A DNA stretch of 64,000 nucleotides. Source: Marsupella aquatica (taxonomy: Eukaryota; Plantae; Marchantiophyta). Below the pieces are notes generated by a model. It made no database searches. It saw only the letters and a list, made by a program, of their open reading frames with translations, and was not told the DNA's origin. Positions 36,440 to 46,640 of this stretch are shown here, piece by piece. Numbering within the stretch: position 1 is the stretch's first letter; each line of letters opens with the position of its first letter. Both the position numbers and the translations under genes were made by a program. The DNA lies in NCBI GenBank assembly GCA_973895155.1, contig OZ316892.1:31055802-31119801 (forward strand), written 5' to 3'.

Positions 36440-39435
36440 ACCCCATCCCGAGACCAATCCCGGTCCCACCCATGTACGGAGGGGTTCGGTTAGCTGAGCT
36501 TGACGCGAGCCTGGACCCGAGTCTGCGAAACCAGGTTGAAGTCATCAGGAAGGAGCACTACCGGAAGTACACTATTGGGATGGACAAATCTTTTAACCTG
36601 GGCCACGCTTTGACGGGGAAGGCTGAAAAAGCCATCCAAGCTTTGCTCAAGGAATATGAAGATGTGTTTGCATGGAGTCATCATGATTTAACAGGCGTCT
36701 CCCCCGAGTTGGGAGAACACACAATCGATCTGAACCTAGGAGCCCATGCGGTACGACAGCGACAACGTCGCATGAATCCGAGGTACTCCATCTTAGTGAA
36801 GGAGGAAATTGATCGTCTCCTCGCCGCCAATATCATTTACCCGGTAATGGCCAGCGACTGGGTCTCTCCCATTGTCATTGTACCAAAGAAGGGAGGTACG
36901 GATGGAAAACCTAAGATTCGTATCTGTCAGGACTACCGTAAGCTGAATGACGCAACCCGAAAAGACCATTACCCATTACCATTCACGGATATGGTTCTAG
37001 ATATGGTGGCCCGAAATGAAATCTATACATTTCTTGACGGGTATTCAGGTTATAACCAAATCTGGATTCGTCTCGCGGATCAGCTCAAAACAACGTTCAC
37101 TACGGAGTGGGGAACGTTCGCATTTCGGAGGATGCCTTTTGGTCTGTGTAACGCCCCGGCTATGTTTCAACGCCTTATGATGAATATCTTCCACGATTTC
37201 CTACGGGAATTTTTGGAGATATTTATCGATGACTTTGCCATCTTCGGAACCGTTGCCATGCACCCCGAACACCTACGACGAACGTTGCAACGATGCCGAG
37301 ATGTTAACCTCAAACTACATCCCGCCAAATGCTTCTTCGGGGTAGAGGAGGGGGTGTTACTCGGGCATCGTGTGTCCAAACGGGGCATTGAGGTGGACCA
37401 AGAGAAAGTTGCGGCCTGGATGGCGGTGGTGTTCCCCTTGGATCAAAAAGCAGTACGATCCTTCTTGGGCTGCGTAGGGTATTACCGCCGGTTCATTAAA
37501 GACTTTGCTAAAATTGCGTTGCCCTTAACTGAGATGATGAAGAAGGACGCAGCGGTCGAGGAAACACCCCGGAGACGGATTGCTTTTGAGGAACTCCGTA
37601 AACGACTCACCACCGCGCCTATCATGGTCACCCCAGACTGGAATAAGGAGTTCCACGTGTATGTCGATGTGTCAGGGTTCTGTATCGGATCCGTACTTAG
37701 TCAGCTAGATGAGGATGGACGTGATCACCCCATCTATTTCGCTAGCCGTCAACTATTTGCAGCCGAAAAGAATTATTCCCCCACTGATCGAGAAGCTTTG
37801 GGAATAATCTACTCGTGTAAAAAGTTCCGACACTATCTGCTAGGCTACAAGGTCATTTTCCACACGGATCATGATAGCCTGAAGTACATGGTCAACAAAG
37901 CGGATGTGACAGGACGGATAGCCCAGTGGGTGCTACTTCTCCAGGAATTTAATTACGAAGTTCGGGTTCGGCCAGGAAGGGGACACCTCAATGCCGATTT
38001 CTTTTCACGACTGGACGGCGTACCAGTCGATCAGCCAATTGATGATATTTTTCCGGATGAGGAGTTGTTCCACGTAGGGGAAGGGACACCAACGTGGTAC
38101 GGCTCAATAATCACCTTCCTTTTAACGGGCCGCATCCCTGACGGCATCAATCAGGAGGCCGCCGCTGTGTTTTTACAGAAAGCCGGGCCTTACGTCATGA
38201 TACAGGGTCACCTACATAAGGAAGGTATTAACGGAAAGTTACGACGCTGCTTAGAGTATAAGGAGACACTTATCGTGATAGGGGCCCTGCATGAAGAAGA
38301 AGCTGGAGGCCATTTCGCGGCAGTTACGACAGCCCGAAAGATTCTGGACTCGGGGTATTGGTGGCCTACGTTGCATCAGGATGTACAGCGCTTCATTAAG
38401 GGCTGTGACTTGTGTCAGCGAGCGGGGGCCCCGAGGCGGGCTCATCATCACCCGCTCACATCTGTGCTTCCATTGGCACCATTCGAAAAATGGGGAATTG
38501 ATTATATCGGACCGTTCACTCCCGTTACCCGAAGGCGAAGGTGCAGATACATCCTATTAGCTATTGATTACTCCACCAAATGGGTCGAAGCGCGGGCTAC
38601 GGTAAAGGACGACGCCGCAACCAGTGCCAGATTCTTATACGAACAGATTTTCACCCGATTCGGACCGCCCTTAGAATTGGTAAGCGACCGTGGAACCCAC
38701 TTCCTCAATGACACCGTAGCCCAGCTTACGGAGCGTTACCTAGTCAAGCACCGCAAGACTACCCCATATCATCCTAAAGCCAACGGGATGGCGGAGAGAG
38801 CAAATGGTATCATTGGGAAGATCCTCAACAAAACTGTAGCTGCGCACAAAACGGATTGGGATGATAAGTTGTACGCGGCGGTGTACTCGTATAATCTAGC
38901 TTACAAAACTACTACGAGTCATAGCCCGTACTTTCTGGTGTTCGGCCAACATTCGTTGGTGCCCGTCGAATTTGAAGTGCACACTCCACGGGTCAGCATT
39001 CGGGATCGCTTACCTGAATCTGAAAGTCTGTCAGACCGAGCTTATCAGATTGAAGCCTTGGAAGAAGCACGGCTACTGGCAGCTCGACACACCGTGAAGA
39101 AACAGGCAACTTCGAAGAAGCAGCACGACAAAGGACTACGGAGGGTCGACGTCGTGGCAGGCGATCTAGTCCTTCTGTACGATAGTAGGTACATGCAGTT
39201 TCCAGGGAAGCTGCATACCCGGTGGTTGGGGCCCTTCCTTGTCAATCAGATCTACCGAAACGGATCTTTGGAGCTTGCGACGTATGCCGGCGATTTACTC
39301 CCCACGCGAATCAGCTACGATCGTGTAAAAAAGTACCACCATCAAGATGACGACGCCGATAGCGATGTTCGCGAGGACGCTTCACAATTAAGCAGGGAGC
39401 TATGTGACGCCGCCGGTACGGCGGTTAATGAGTGA
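36169..39435 (+). CDS. pol: gypsy pol (RT, RNase H, integrase) in the -1 frame relative to gag-PR
   Basis: CQDYRKLN, FLDGYSGYNQI, MPFGLCNAP, FIDD, VDVSG..EKNYS, HHCC zinc finger, WGIDYIGP, SDRGTHF, NGMAERAN, WLGPF; frame opens after TGA 36166-36168 and ends 33 nt inside the 3' LTR. Confidence 0.96.
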   Translation, partial: SNPRNTSPKLPEAAIESTPSTSTVGDEETHEQLVETEDTAPAKQGAVATPSISEPCNHEPAQQPPEAENSRPRHKKRVSWDPSIPQLEEVNPIPRPIPVPPMYGGVRLAELDASLDPSLRNQVEVIRKEHYRKYTIGMDKSFNLGHALTGKAEKAIQALLKEYEDVFAWSHHDLTGVSPELGEHTIDLNLGAHAVRQRQRRMNPRYSILVKEEIDRLLAANIIYPVMASDWVSPIVIVPKKGGTDGKPKIRICQDYRKLNDATRKDHYPLPFTDMVLDMVARNEIYTFLDGYSGYNQIWIRLADQLKTTFTTEWGTFAFRRMPFGLCNAPAMFQRLMMNIFHDFLREFLEIFIDDFAIFGTVAMHPEHLRRTLQRCRDVNLKLHPAKCFFGVEEGVLLGHRVSKRGIEVDQEKVAAWMAVVFPLDQKAVRSFLGCVGYYRRFIKDFAKIALPLTEMMKKDAAVEETPRRRIAFEELRKRLTTAPIMVTPDWNKEFHVYVDVSGFCIGSVLSQLDEDGRDHPIYFASRQLFAAEKNYSPTDREALGIIYSCKKFRHYLLGYKVIFHTDHDSLKYMVNKADVTGRIAQWVLLLQEFNYEVRVRPGRGHLNADFFSRLDGVPVDQPIDDIFPDEELFHVGEGTPTWYGSIITFLLTGRIPDGINQEAAAVFLQKAGPYVMIQGHLHKEGINGKLRRCLEYKETLIVIGALHEEEAGGHFAAVTTARKILDSGYWWPTLHQDVQRFIKGCDLCQRAGAPRRAHHHPLTSVLPLAPFEKWGIDYIGPFTPVTRRRRCRYILLAIDYSTKWVEARATVKDDAATSARFLYEQIFTRFGPPLELVSDRGTHFLNDTVAQLTERYLVKHRKTTPYHPKANGMAERANGIIGKILNKTVAAHKTDWDDKLYAAVYSYNLAYKTTTSHSPYFLVFGQHSLVPVEFEVHTPRVSIRDRLPESESLSDRAYQIEALEEARLLAARHTVKKQATSKKQHDKGLRRVDVVAGDLVLLYDSRYMQFPGKLHTRWLGPFLVNQIYRNGSLELATYAGDLLPTRISYDRVKKYHHQDDDADSDVREDASQLSRELCDAAGTAVNE
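39390..39399 (+). promoter_or_regulatory. polypurine tract (AAGCAGGGAG)
   Basis: Purine-rich run 3 nt before the 3' LTR TG. Confidence 0.65.
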
Positions 39436-42400
39436 TTCAGTCTAACTACGCTCGGCACGCGCGTTAGGTGGGTCTTAGGCCGCTATTATTAGCATAACGA
39501 CAGTATTTAGGTAATCATTAGGGGTAGGACATCATTAGGCAATAAGGGGGACCTCAGGTTCGGGCTGGCGGCGGGTCGCTATTCGCACACCCGGGTTATG
39601 AGCATGGAGTGGCCCCTCCCTCGGGTCCGTATAACGAACTTAAGGAAGCGGCCACTGACGCACGCTGACTCAGACCGATGGAGTGGCCGGTACACCACAA
39701 GCGTGAGCGGTTCAACCTATGGGCGTCGAGGAGACGTCGGGGATCGACAAGCCCTCAAAGTATAAAAGGGGAGCCAACCCTTTGTAGTGCACCAGTCCAT
39801 CAGTCCGCGCGCCAGCTTCGACCCCAGCTCTCTCGTTCTATCTAGGTCGCCACTACTATCTCCTCTGAATGTCGCACACGATCCTCTCCAGCTCGGCCAT
39901 TCGATTCTGGACGCAGTTCCTATCTACCGGAAGGCACTTGGCCGATTCATTGAAACACGCCAACCCGCGCCGATACGAGATCGAACGTGAATACGAGAGA
40001 GCCATCCGCCTAGCAGGACGACACCACTACGTCCTTAACTTTGACTACCCGTCTCAGAGCGAGCTTTACCGACCAGCTGAGGTATCTGGGTACTTCTTTG
40101 ACGGAGACAAATATATCGGGTTCTGGGAAGCATTGCTTCGGCTTCCAGACGAGGTCTTCAATATCCCGGGTACAATCGACCTGCAGCGACATCACTTCGA
40201 CCACATCCCTGCCCAGGTTCGGGCAGTCATTAACGGCGAGTCCAGTACCAACCGTTCGACAAGGGCGTCCGCACTCGCTTCGGAGAACTTCTACCAGCAC
40301 CTACAGAGCTTCATGGGAACTCGGCCATCAACCAACATGACCAACTCAGCCGGACCCGTACCCGTACCCGTACCCGTACCCATACCCGTACCCGTGCCCA
40401 TGCAACCTCAGCTTCAGCTTCAGCCTCAGCCGCAGCCTAGCCAAACCCCACCACCTATCACCCAGCCAGCACAGGTACGCTCCGTCATCAACGCGGTGGA
40501 TCTTAGCGATGACGACGAGGCTACCCCACCCTTGACCAGGCGGCCCAGAGGAACAAGCGCTCGGGGGGCCGACACTATACCGTCCCCACCCCCTGCTCTG
40601 ACCCCAGGAGCGGCCCCAGCAGACAACATGGTGACCGTGGCCGCCCCGGGCCCGTTACCAACCGCAGTGGCACTCCCCAGGCCCGATCGGGAGGATGGGG
40701 AAGTATCACCTTCCCCGAGTCAGTCACGGGGAAAGAAGAGAAAGGAATCCGCCAGTGCATCCGGGTTACCGTTAGCCACGGTAGCCGTAGCCAAGGTAAC
40801 GATGCATCGCATGGGGGAAAACGTTCACAGCAACATCCTCCATCCCAAGCATGCGGTGTACCTGAAGACTCAGGGATTTGAGCACCTCGCCTCTCTCCCC
40901 TGGAACACTTGCAGGTACTACGGGGAGGACATGACAGAATTTGTCAAGAATTATGACGACGTACGTCAACAGACTCGGCTGCGGGGAAGGAATATGTCCC
41001 TCACAGAAGAACGGCTCAAGATGATCTTCGGGTTACCCGAAGGTGACCATCGAGTCGAATCACGGGCTCCCGGGGGCAAGGGGGCCAAGTACCAATCTTC
41101 AAGTTTTCCCTCAGAGGGATCAGTAGACAACGGGTTCGTGATGAGGACCTGCCTCATGCCCGAGATAGCTGAGCGGCTGGAGTTCCAGAGGTACGCTCTC
41201 CACTTGATGGAACCCCGGGGGGAGATCTCCGCCGCCCAGGTCATCCAGGTCGAGAACTATCGACCTAGGAAGTGGGCGTCGTACTTCGCTAAGAAATTCC
41301 ATGAAGAGATGGAGCGGCGAAGGAAGACGCTGTACATTGGCGGGAAGGCGTATTTCGCTAGCCACATCGAAATCATTCTTGAGTGGTATGCCCGGTTTGA
41401 TCGACGAACCCTTCCCCGCATCAACGTTACAAAGCTGGTCCCAGCTAGGTGGGTTTTTCCGGCATTGGAGAGACGGCCCCAACCCGAGGCCCGAAGTCCA
41501 GTGGACACGCCAGCTTCACCCACCCCACCTCCACAAATAGCTGTAATCGTAACCGAGGAGGCGCCGGAGGGGTCGGTCATCGCAACCGTTGATGCGACCC
41601 AACTAGCCGGGCTAAGTACAGAAGTTGGTACGGCAGAGGTCTTACCCGAACCCGGGTCTCCCAAGGACCCGCCGGTGGCAATTCCGGAGAACCGGACATC
41701 GCTGCAGGAGGATACTCCGGCCCCTTCCAACGTTATGTCCCCAGGGCTGGACGTCACTGCCCCGGCCCCTGCGCGTGTTGATGTCTGCCCGTGCCCAAAT
41801 CCGGACAGGCACAACTTGGACCACCCGGAACTCTTCGTACAGGGTACGTTTCTGAACGGGCTTCTGGGAGATTTCTCTCATCAAATTGCCCGGGATACCG
41901 GGGAGTTCATGGCTCGGAAGGTAGCCTGTTTCTTCAATCAGGAGTTGGTTGCCGCCGTAAAGGCAGGGCGGGCCCAGTCGGAGGCCCTTCAAAGGATAGA
42001 GCGGTACCGGGAGGAGTCCGTGTACCTAAAGAACGAAGTGGCGGCTCAAGAGGCTGAGCTTCTGCAACTACGACCCAAGGTTGCAGCCGCCGATGAGTTG
42101 TTAGCAAAGGTGTACGCTCTTACCGCCCTAGCCGAACAGGCCAAAGCTGGGAACGAGGCCGAGATTACACGACTCCGGAACCAGATTGACAGTTTGAAGA
42201 AACAAGCTGTCACCTGGCAGAAAGACCTGGAGGAGGCCGAGGAGCGAGCCCAGCGGGACGCGACGGAGATAGCCACGCTGCAGGCCGAGATGGCGCGGCT
42301 CCAAACCGAGGCCGAGAAGCAGGACCAGCTGGCGAGTAAACTGGCGAGCGACGCCCAGCAGCTGGAGGAGGCATGTCAGGAGGCAGCAGAGGAGACGGAC

Positions 42401-43429
42401 GCGGCGAGGCGAGAGAACGAATCTCTGCTGGACCAGGTCCAGCTCCTCAAAGCGGACAATGACAGGCTTCGAAGGCAGCGGGATGGCCGTTCCCATTCGG
42501 GCGGCTCTGGCAAGCGTGCCAGGCATTAGCGGCGGAGTAGGAATAGATTAGGATTAGGATTGGCTTAGTCAGGCTCTTGGGACAGGCACCTGCCTTAGGT
42601 ACGGCAGCGCTGCCCTGCTGTCCAGCCTGCGTAGATTAGGATCTTCTAATAAGACACAGCCGTTTTCCGGCCTGACTGTCAGCTTAGTTAGGACCTTGGT
42701 CAGCGAATCTTCGGCGGGAGGACGCCCCATTCCTCGGCTCTTAGTATTTAGTGCACCCCTCGGTAGAGGCAGGGGGGGGTTTTTAGTTTCAGAGTCGGAC
42801 ATCCGCGGGACATGCGGGGAGTCCCGACCTCTAGGAATGACAGAGTACCAAGGGGAGGGGGTAGGACTAAGCTTGCCGGGCGAGTGCGGAGCCGGGCTCC
42901 GTTGTAGTGTGCACCCTTGGCCTTGAACCTGTGCATTCCAGGGCTGTCGTGTCAACTAAGTGTACGCATATGTTCCCTTTGTAGTAAAAATCCTTTCCCA
43001 TCGTTTTTCCTTCGTGTAAATCGAGATTGTATGCATGTGTGCGCATATGTGTGTGGGTTTCTCGTATATGGGTGGCAGCGCCGGGCCGAACGCACTACCC
43101 GAGACGTGCACAGGGTGCAGCCTACGGGTAAGTGGTTGCGAGCACGGGTTGAGGACCTGTATCATCGAATCCGGATCGAAGGCGGACAGCACGAAGGCTT
43201 AGAAGCCCTTAAGCCGGGGTCGATCCTGCTATCGACTAAGGTACGTTCCGGCGGCGGAACACAAACCATACCTAGGAGGTGTCCGTATTTAGCAGTATGC
43301 GCACTTAGCGCTAGTTTACGAGAATAAGGTGCATTACGTACTTCCCTTCCTGCCCGAACCCTCAGATTTACGAGGGATGTGCCCGTCTAAGCTGAAGTCT
43401 GAGTTAAGGCCGAAGCCTACGACGTGACA
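39403..43429 (+). repeat. 3' LTR (4027 bp)
   Basis: TGTGACG...CGTGACA followed by TSD TAGCC. Confidence 0.97.
39869..42529 (+). CDS. intact 886-aa LTR-encoded protein: N-terminal globular region, Pro-rich linker with NLS-like RGKKRK, PMD/Transposase_32-like domain, C-terminal coiled coil
   Basis: ATG-to-TAG ORF wholly inside the LTR, downstream of a TATA box; G..L..LPW..EF..N...RG....L...L...FGLP pattern resembles the accessory domain of Athila/Tat-type extra ORFs. Confidence 0.9.
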   Translation: MSHTILSSSAIRFWTQFLSTGRHLADSLKHANPRRYEIEREYERAIRLAGRHHYVLNFDYPSQSELYRPAEVSGYFFDGDKYIGFWEALLRLPDEVFNIPGTIDLQRHHFDHIPAQVRAVINGESSTNRSTRASALASENFYQHLQSFMGTRPSTNMTNSAGPVPVPVPVPIPVPVPMQPQLQLQPQPQPSQTPPPITQPAQVRSVINAVDLSDDDEATPPLTRRPRGTSARGADTIPSPPPALTPGAAPADNMVTVAAPGPLPTAVALPRPDREDGEVSPSPSQSRGKKRKESASASGLPLATVAVAKVTMHRMGENVHSNILHPKHAVYLKTQGFEHLASLPWNTCRYYGEDMTEFVKNYDDVRQQTRLRGRNMSLTEERLKMIFGLPEGDHRVESRAPGGKGAKYQSSSFPSEGSVDNGFVMRTCLMPEIAERLEFQRYALHLMEPRGEISAAQVIQVENYRPRKWASYFAKKFHEEMERRRKTLYIGGKAYFASHIEIILEWYARFDRRTLPRINVTKLVPARWVFPALERRPQPEARSPVDTPASPTPPPQIAVIVTEEAPEGSVIATVDATQLAGLSTEVGTAEVLPEPGSPKDPPVAIPENRTSLQEDTPAPSNVMSPGLDVTAPAPARVDVCPCPNPDRHNLDHPELFVQGTFLNGLLGDFSHQIARDTGEFMARKVACFFNQELVAAVKAGRAQSEALQRIERYREESVYLKNEVAAQEAELLQLRPKVAAADELLAKVYALTALAEQAKAGNEAEITRLRNQIDSLKKQAVTWQKDLEEAEERAQRDATEIATLQAEMARLQTEAEKQDQLASKLASDAQQLEEACQEAAEETDAARRENESLLDQVQLLKADNDRLRRQRDGRSHSGGSGKRARH

Positions 43430-43559
43430 TAGCCCTCTGTGAACCGCCCGACCACAACGACGACTCTTCCACAGCGACCACACGCAACTTTTAATGTAGG
43501 AAACAACCTATTGTTGTAGGCATTTGTGATGAGATTAGCTCCGTGAGGGTTTCATTCCA

Positions 43560-44920
43560 GGAGCTGGGTTCCCAGGTTCCTACTAAACCCTCATGTTCAG
43601 TACGTGCGAATTTTCACCGGACGAGTGTACCCCTGTACTAGCTTCATCTGCCGCAGATTTGACCTCCAGACCTTTCTCATCACGCGAGCCGGTAATTGGG
43701 CTATCATGCACAGCCCTGTTTTCGAGAATGGCTTGATGAGATCAATTTCCCAACGTACATGCTCATCTCTCGCTGGCCCTAAACTGAATGATTCCTTCTA
43801 CTGTAGTTCGATCTCTTGTACCTACATGGATGAATGTATGCGCTACGGTTGTTCAGACCCTTGTAGTCTCTGGCAAATGTCACAAACAGGATGCAGACAG
43901 AGTTTGTGGATAACAGAGGAGGCCATTCTCCCCCCTTGTTGCTCTGCTCCCCTCCCTGTTTATTGTGCTTGTCTCCAAATTTGCAAGGCGATTGATTGAA
44001 GTTGAGGGCCGGAAAACAATGCCACTTGGCTCCAAAACCAGGTGGGTGGATGGTTTGAACCGTCTGTACTATGGATCTTGGCTTCACCCTGGCGGAGTCC
44101 GTTTTAGAAGTCGTCGACAAGTGAGGTCAGTTCCAGTTTGCCGCTTTTTTGTCGGGACAGCGTGTGCTACCTTTGACATTCTGGCCTAAACCCCGCCCAC
44201 ATTCATCCGGCCAAGATATAGGTCACGAGTCGGCTTGATTCGAAGGAGATGTGAACAAAAGTCAGATACTCCGGAGGTATCGATGACAAAGATGAATATG
44301 GAACCAGCAAAGACGGTTGTTGGAGTGAAGGAGAAGAAGAACATGCAGAAGCAGTGCCATGGCGTTTAGGGTAGAGGATACCGCCGACAACCTGAGAAGT
44401 TCAAATTTGGAGATTGATTGACCTGTCTGGAGACTCGGAAGACAATAGCTCGGAAGTAGTCTGTATCAGAGACGTTTTCATACGGTTGAGGGGCAGGCGT
44501 TTAGGGTAGCGCTCAAAACCAAAGGCGGATGACGACTGAGATCCAGTTGCCTTCGGACGTAGGGGGAAGGTGGTTCAGAAGTGGGAACGGAAACCTTTAA
44601 TTTTACATCAGTAGGAGGAAACGGAGACCAAACTGCCCCGAAACAGTATGTACAGAGAGAGTAGCTTTCACCGAGCGACCTCTTCCAGTGTCTGGGTTGT
44701 TGAGTGACTGGAGGTATGAGCCGAACATGGCAAAAAATTTGGCCCGCATCATAGCAGCAGAAGTCCTAGAGTGTAAGAGGACAAACAACGAGGGAGTTGG
44801 AATCAGAAGGGAGGCTGGTACAGGAAATTGCTTGTCCGGGTAAGGTAGGATAGAGCAAAGGAAGAAGTACAGAAGTTTTGGAAAAAATATGTAGGGTTTA
44901 GGGTGCAAAACTTTCAAATT
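43560..44920 (-). mobile_element. possible decayed LINE 5'/ORF1 remnant
   Basis: Composition and telo-box-rich 5' side resemble 27300-28250; no clean diagnostic motif. Confidence 0.2.
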
Positions 44921-46640
44921 TGCAACCGAGAAACAGAGGGGGTTTGAGAGAGGAGAGGCAAGGGGCGTTATGTAATTATAGCATCAAAGGATGTACACGG
45001 TATGATCAATGAAGACGACCCGAGTAGGAGAAGAAGTAGCTAGGGAGCCGAGTAATTAAATTGCGGAAGGAAAATGAAGATTGAATTGCGACGAACACGC
45101 ATTGTAGGCGAGGGGAAAAAAAGTGATTTGTGTCTAGCCAGGTACACATTCCGTAAGTTATCCCACAAAGAAGATGGTATGTCGACCCAACCCCCATACC
45201 CTGTGAGAAAATGCAGTAGTGCAGTTTACACTCTGCCCGTGAGTGGGTTTAGGGTATACACACATGTTGCTATAGAGGACCGGTCCCAATTTTAGATTTG
45301 CTTGTCCGTGGTATGCATCTGGGTTGTTCCGGTTTTGGTGACAGGTTGGATGTGTCGAACGTACCGCCGGACGCTTGAAGGCACTTGCAGTTTAAAGAGT
45401 TGAGCCTCGGAGACAATCAAACGATGGAAGATGTATAATAGGGGTGTAAGTCGTAAGTTGTACCAAACTCGATGACTTGAATGTTGAATGAACTAATTCG
45501 TGTTGTGAAGGGATTTGCGTGAATAATTGTGTTGGGGACTGAGTGCTGGGAAGGTTTATTAATGGGTGCGTGCAAAATGCTTGTAGTTAATTCCGAGATG
45601 AGACCAAACAGTGGTGGTGTAGAGTAAGAAACCTCCGGGGCTTGTTGTTAGTCTATTCTTTAGCAGGAGAAAAGCGCGGCTTCAGGGTATAGACATTCGG
45701 ATAGAATATTTCTTGGACAGTGCAGGGGGGAAGATGCAGCTTAATTTTAGCATTCTCCAACCCCACTGCGTGTAGTGTGTTTTTTTGTATTGCCAGTCTC
45801 GATTAAAAGGCAGGGTTTGATCACTAGCCCAAAATTCTGGGATGTTTGTACCGGCTCTAATATAGGGTCCGTTTTTTTCTTATGCACCCTACCTTGTAAT
45901 AACATCGGTTGGCATTTCAGTCTGAGCAGTTGTGACTTTGAAGTGGTGGAGTGTGTTTCTTCTGTGCAATTTCGACCTTCTCGCGTGATCTGTTTTCAAA
46001 TCATAGGGAGTCATTATATGATCTGTCCTTCTGCAATAGGCCCGATGAGTTGTTTCTGTGGAATTGCATATCTGGTTCTTTGGTTCAGAATTCTGTGACG
46101 CGAGGTAAAAGAATTTCACTATAATTTCGCTTACTGGTAATTAGCATTGACATGTAACGGTCACTTTATTGAAGGCAAATTGGGAATTAATGTTGAGGGA
46201 GGACTAAATTTTGTTCTGAACTAATGTAACAATGTCATTATATTGAAGTTGAATCCTCTGTTCGTGCTTGTAGGATTTCAAAAACAACACAATTCGAGCG
46301 GGAACGCGATTATTGCAGGCCATTGCTGCTTTCTATGGAGCACCGCTTGGTTGTGTATTAGTGTCACGGCACTTCTGATTTGGCATATTGGAAGATACCA
46401 CCCAATCCCCAATTCTAAATCGTCTGCAGTAGCACCTGGCTGTTGAATTATTTATCATCGCGGATGAGTACTCCCCTCCTTTGGATATTCAATAGTCGCA
46501 ATACATCCCTAAGTCGTCACTGGTGTTGAGTTGTGGCGTGGCGCGGCGTGGGTGTTTCTATTCAATACCTGCATCATTAGGGCAATTGACACTCAGTTTT
46601 GCATCTGGGAATGGAGGGCCCACACTCACTCGGATGCACA

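Larger units (their letters stand above)
29282..43429 (+). mobile_element. full-length non-chromovirus Ty3/gypsy LTR retrotransposon (family A, 14148 bp) with gene-containing LTRs
   Basis: Two near-identical TG...CA LTRs; 5-bp TSD TAGCC at 29277-29281 and 43430-43434; PBS, gag-PR, RT-RH-INT, PPT; no chromodomain and no additional RNase H seen. Confidence 0.98.

Noticed and set aside
39869-42529. LTR ORF as a retroviral envelope gene
   Set aside because: No signal peptide or transmembrane segment visible; it has NLS-like and coiled-coil features instead
42917-43327. 136-aa ORF present in all three LTR copies as a second LTR gene
   Set aside because: Non-ATG start, no recognisable motif and no clear counterpart in family B; conservation is explained by the near-identity of the LTRs
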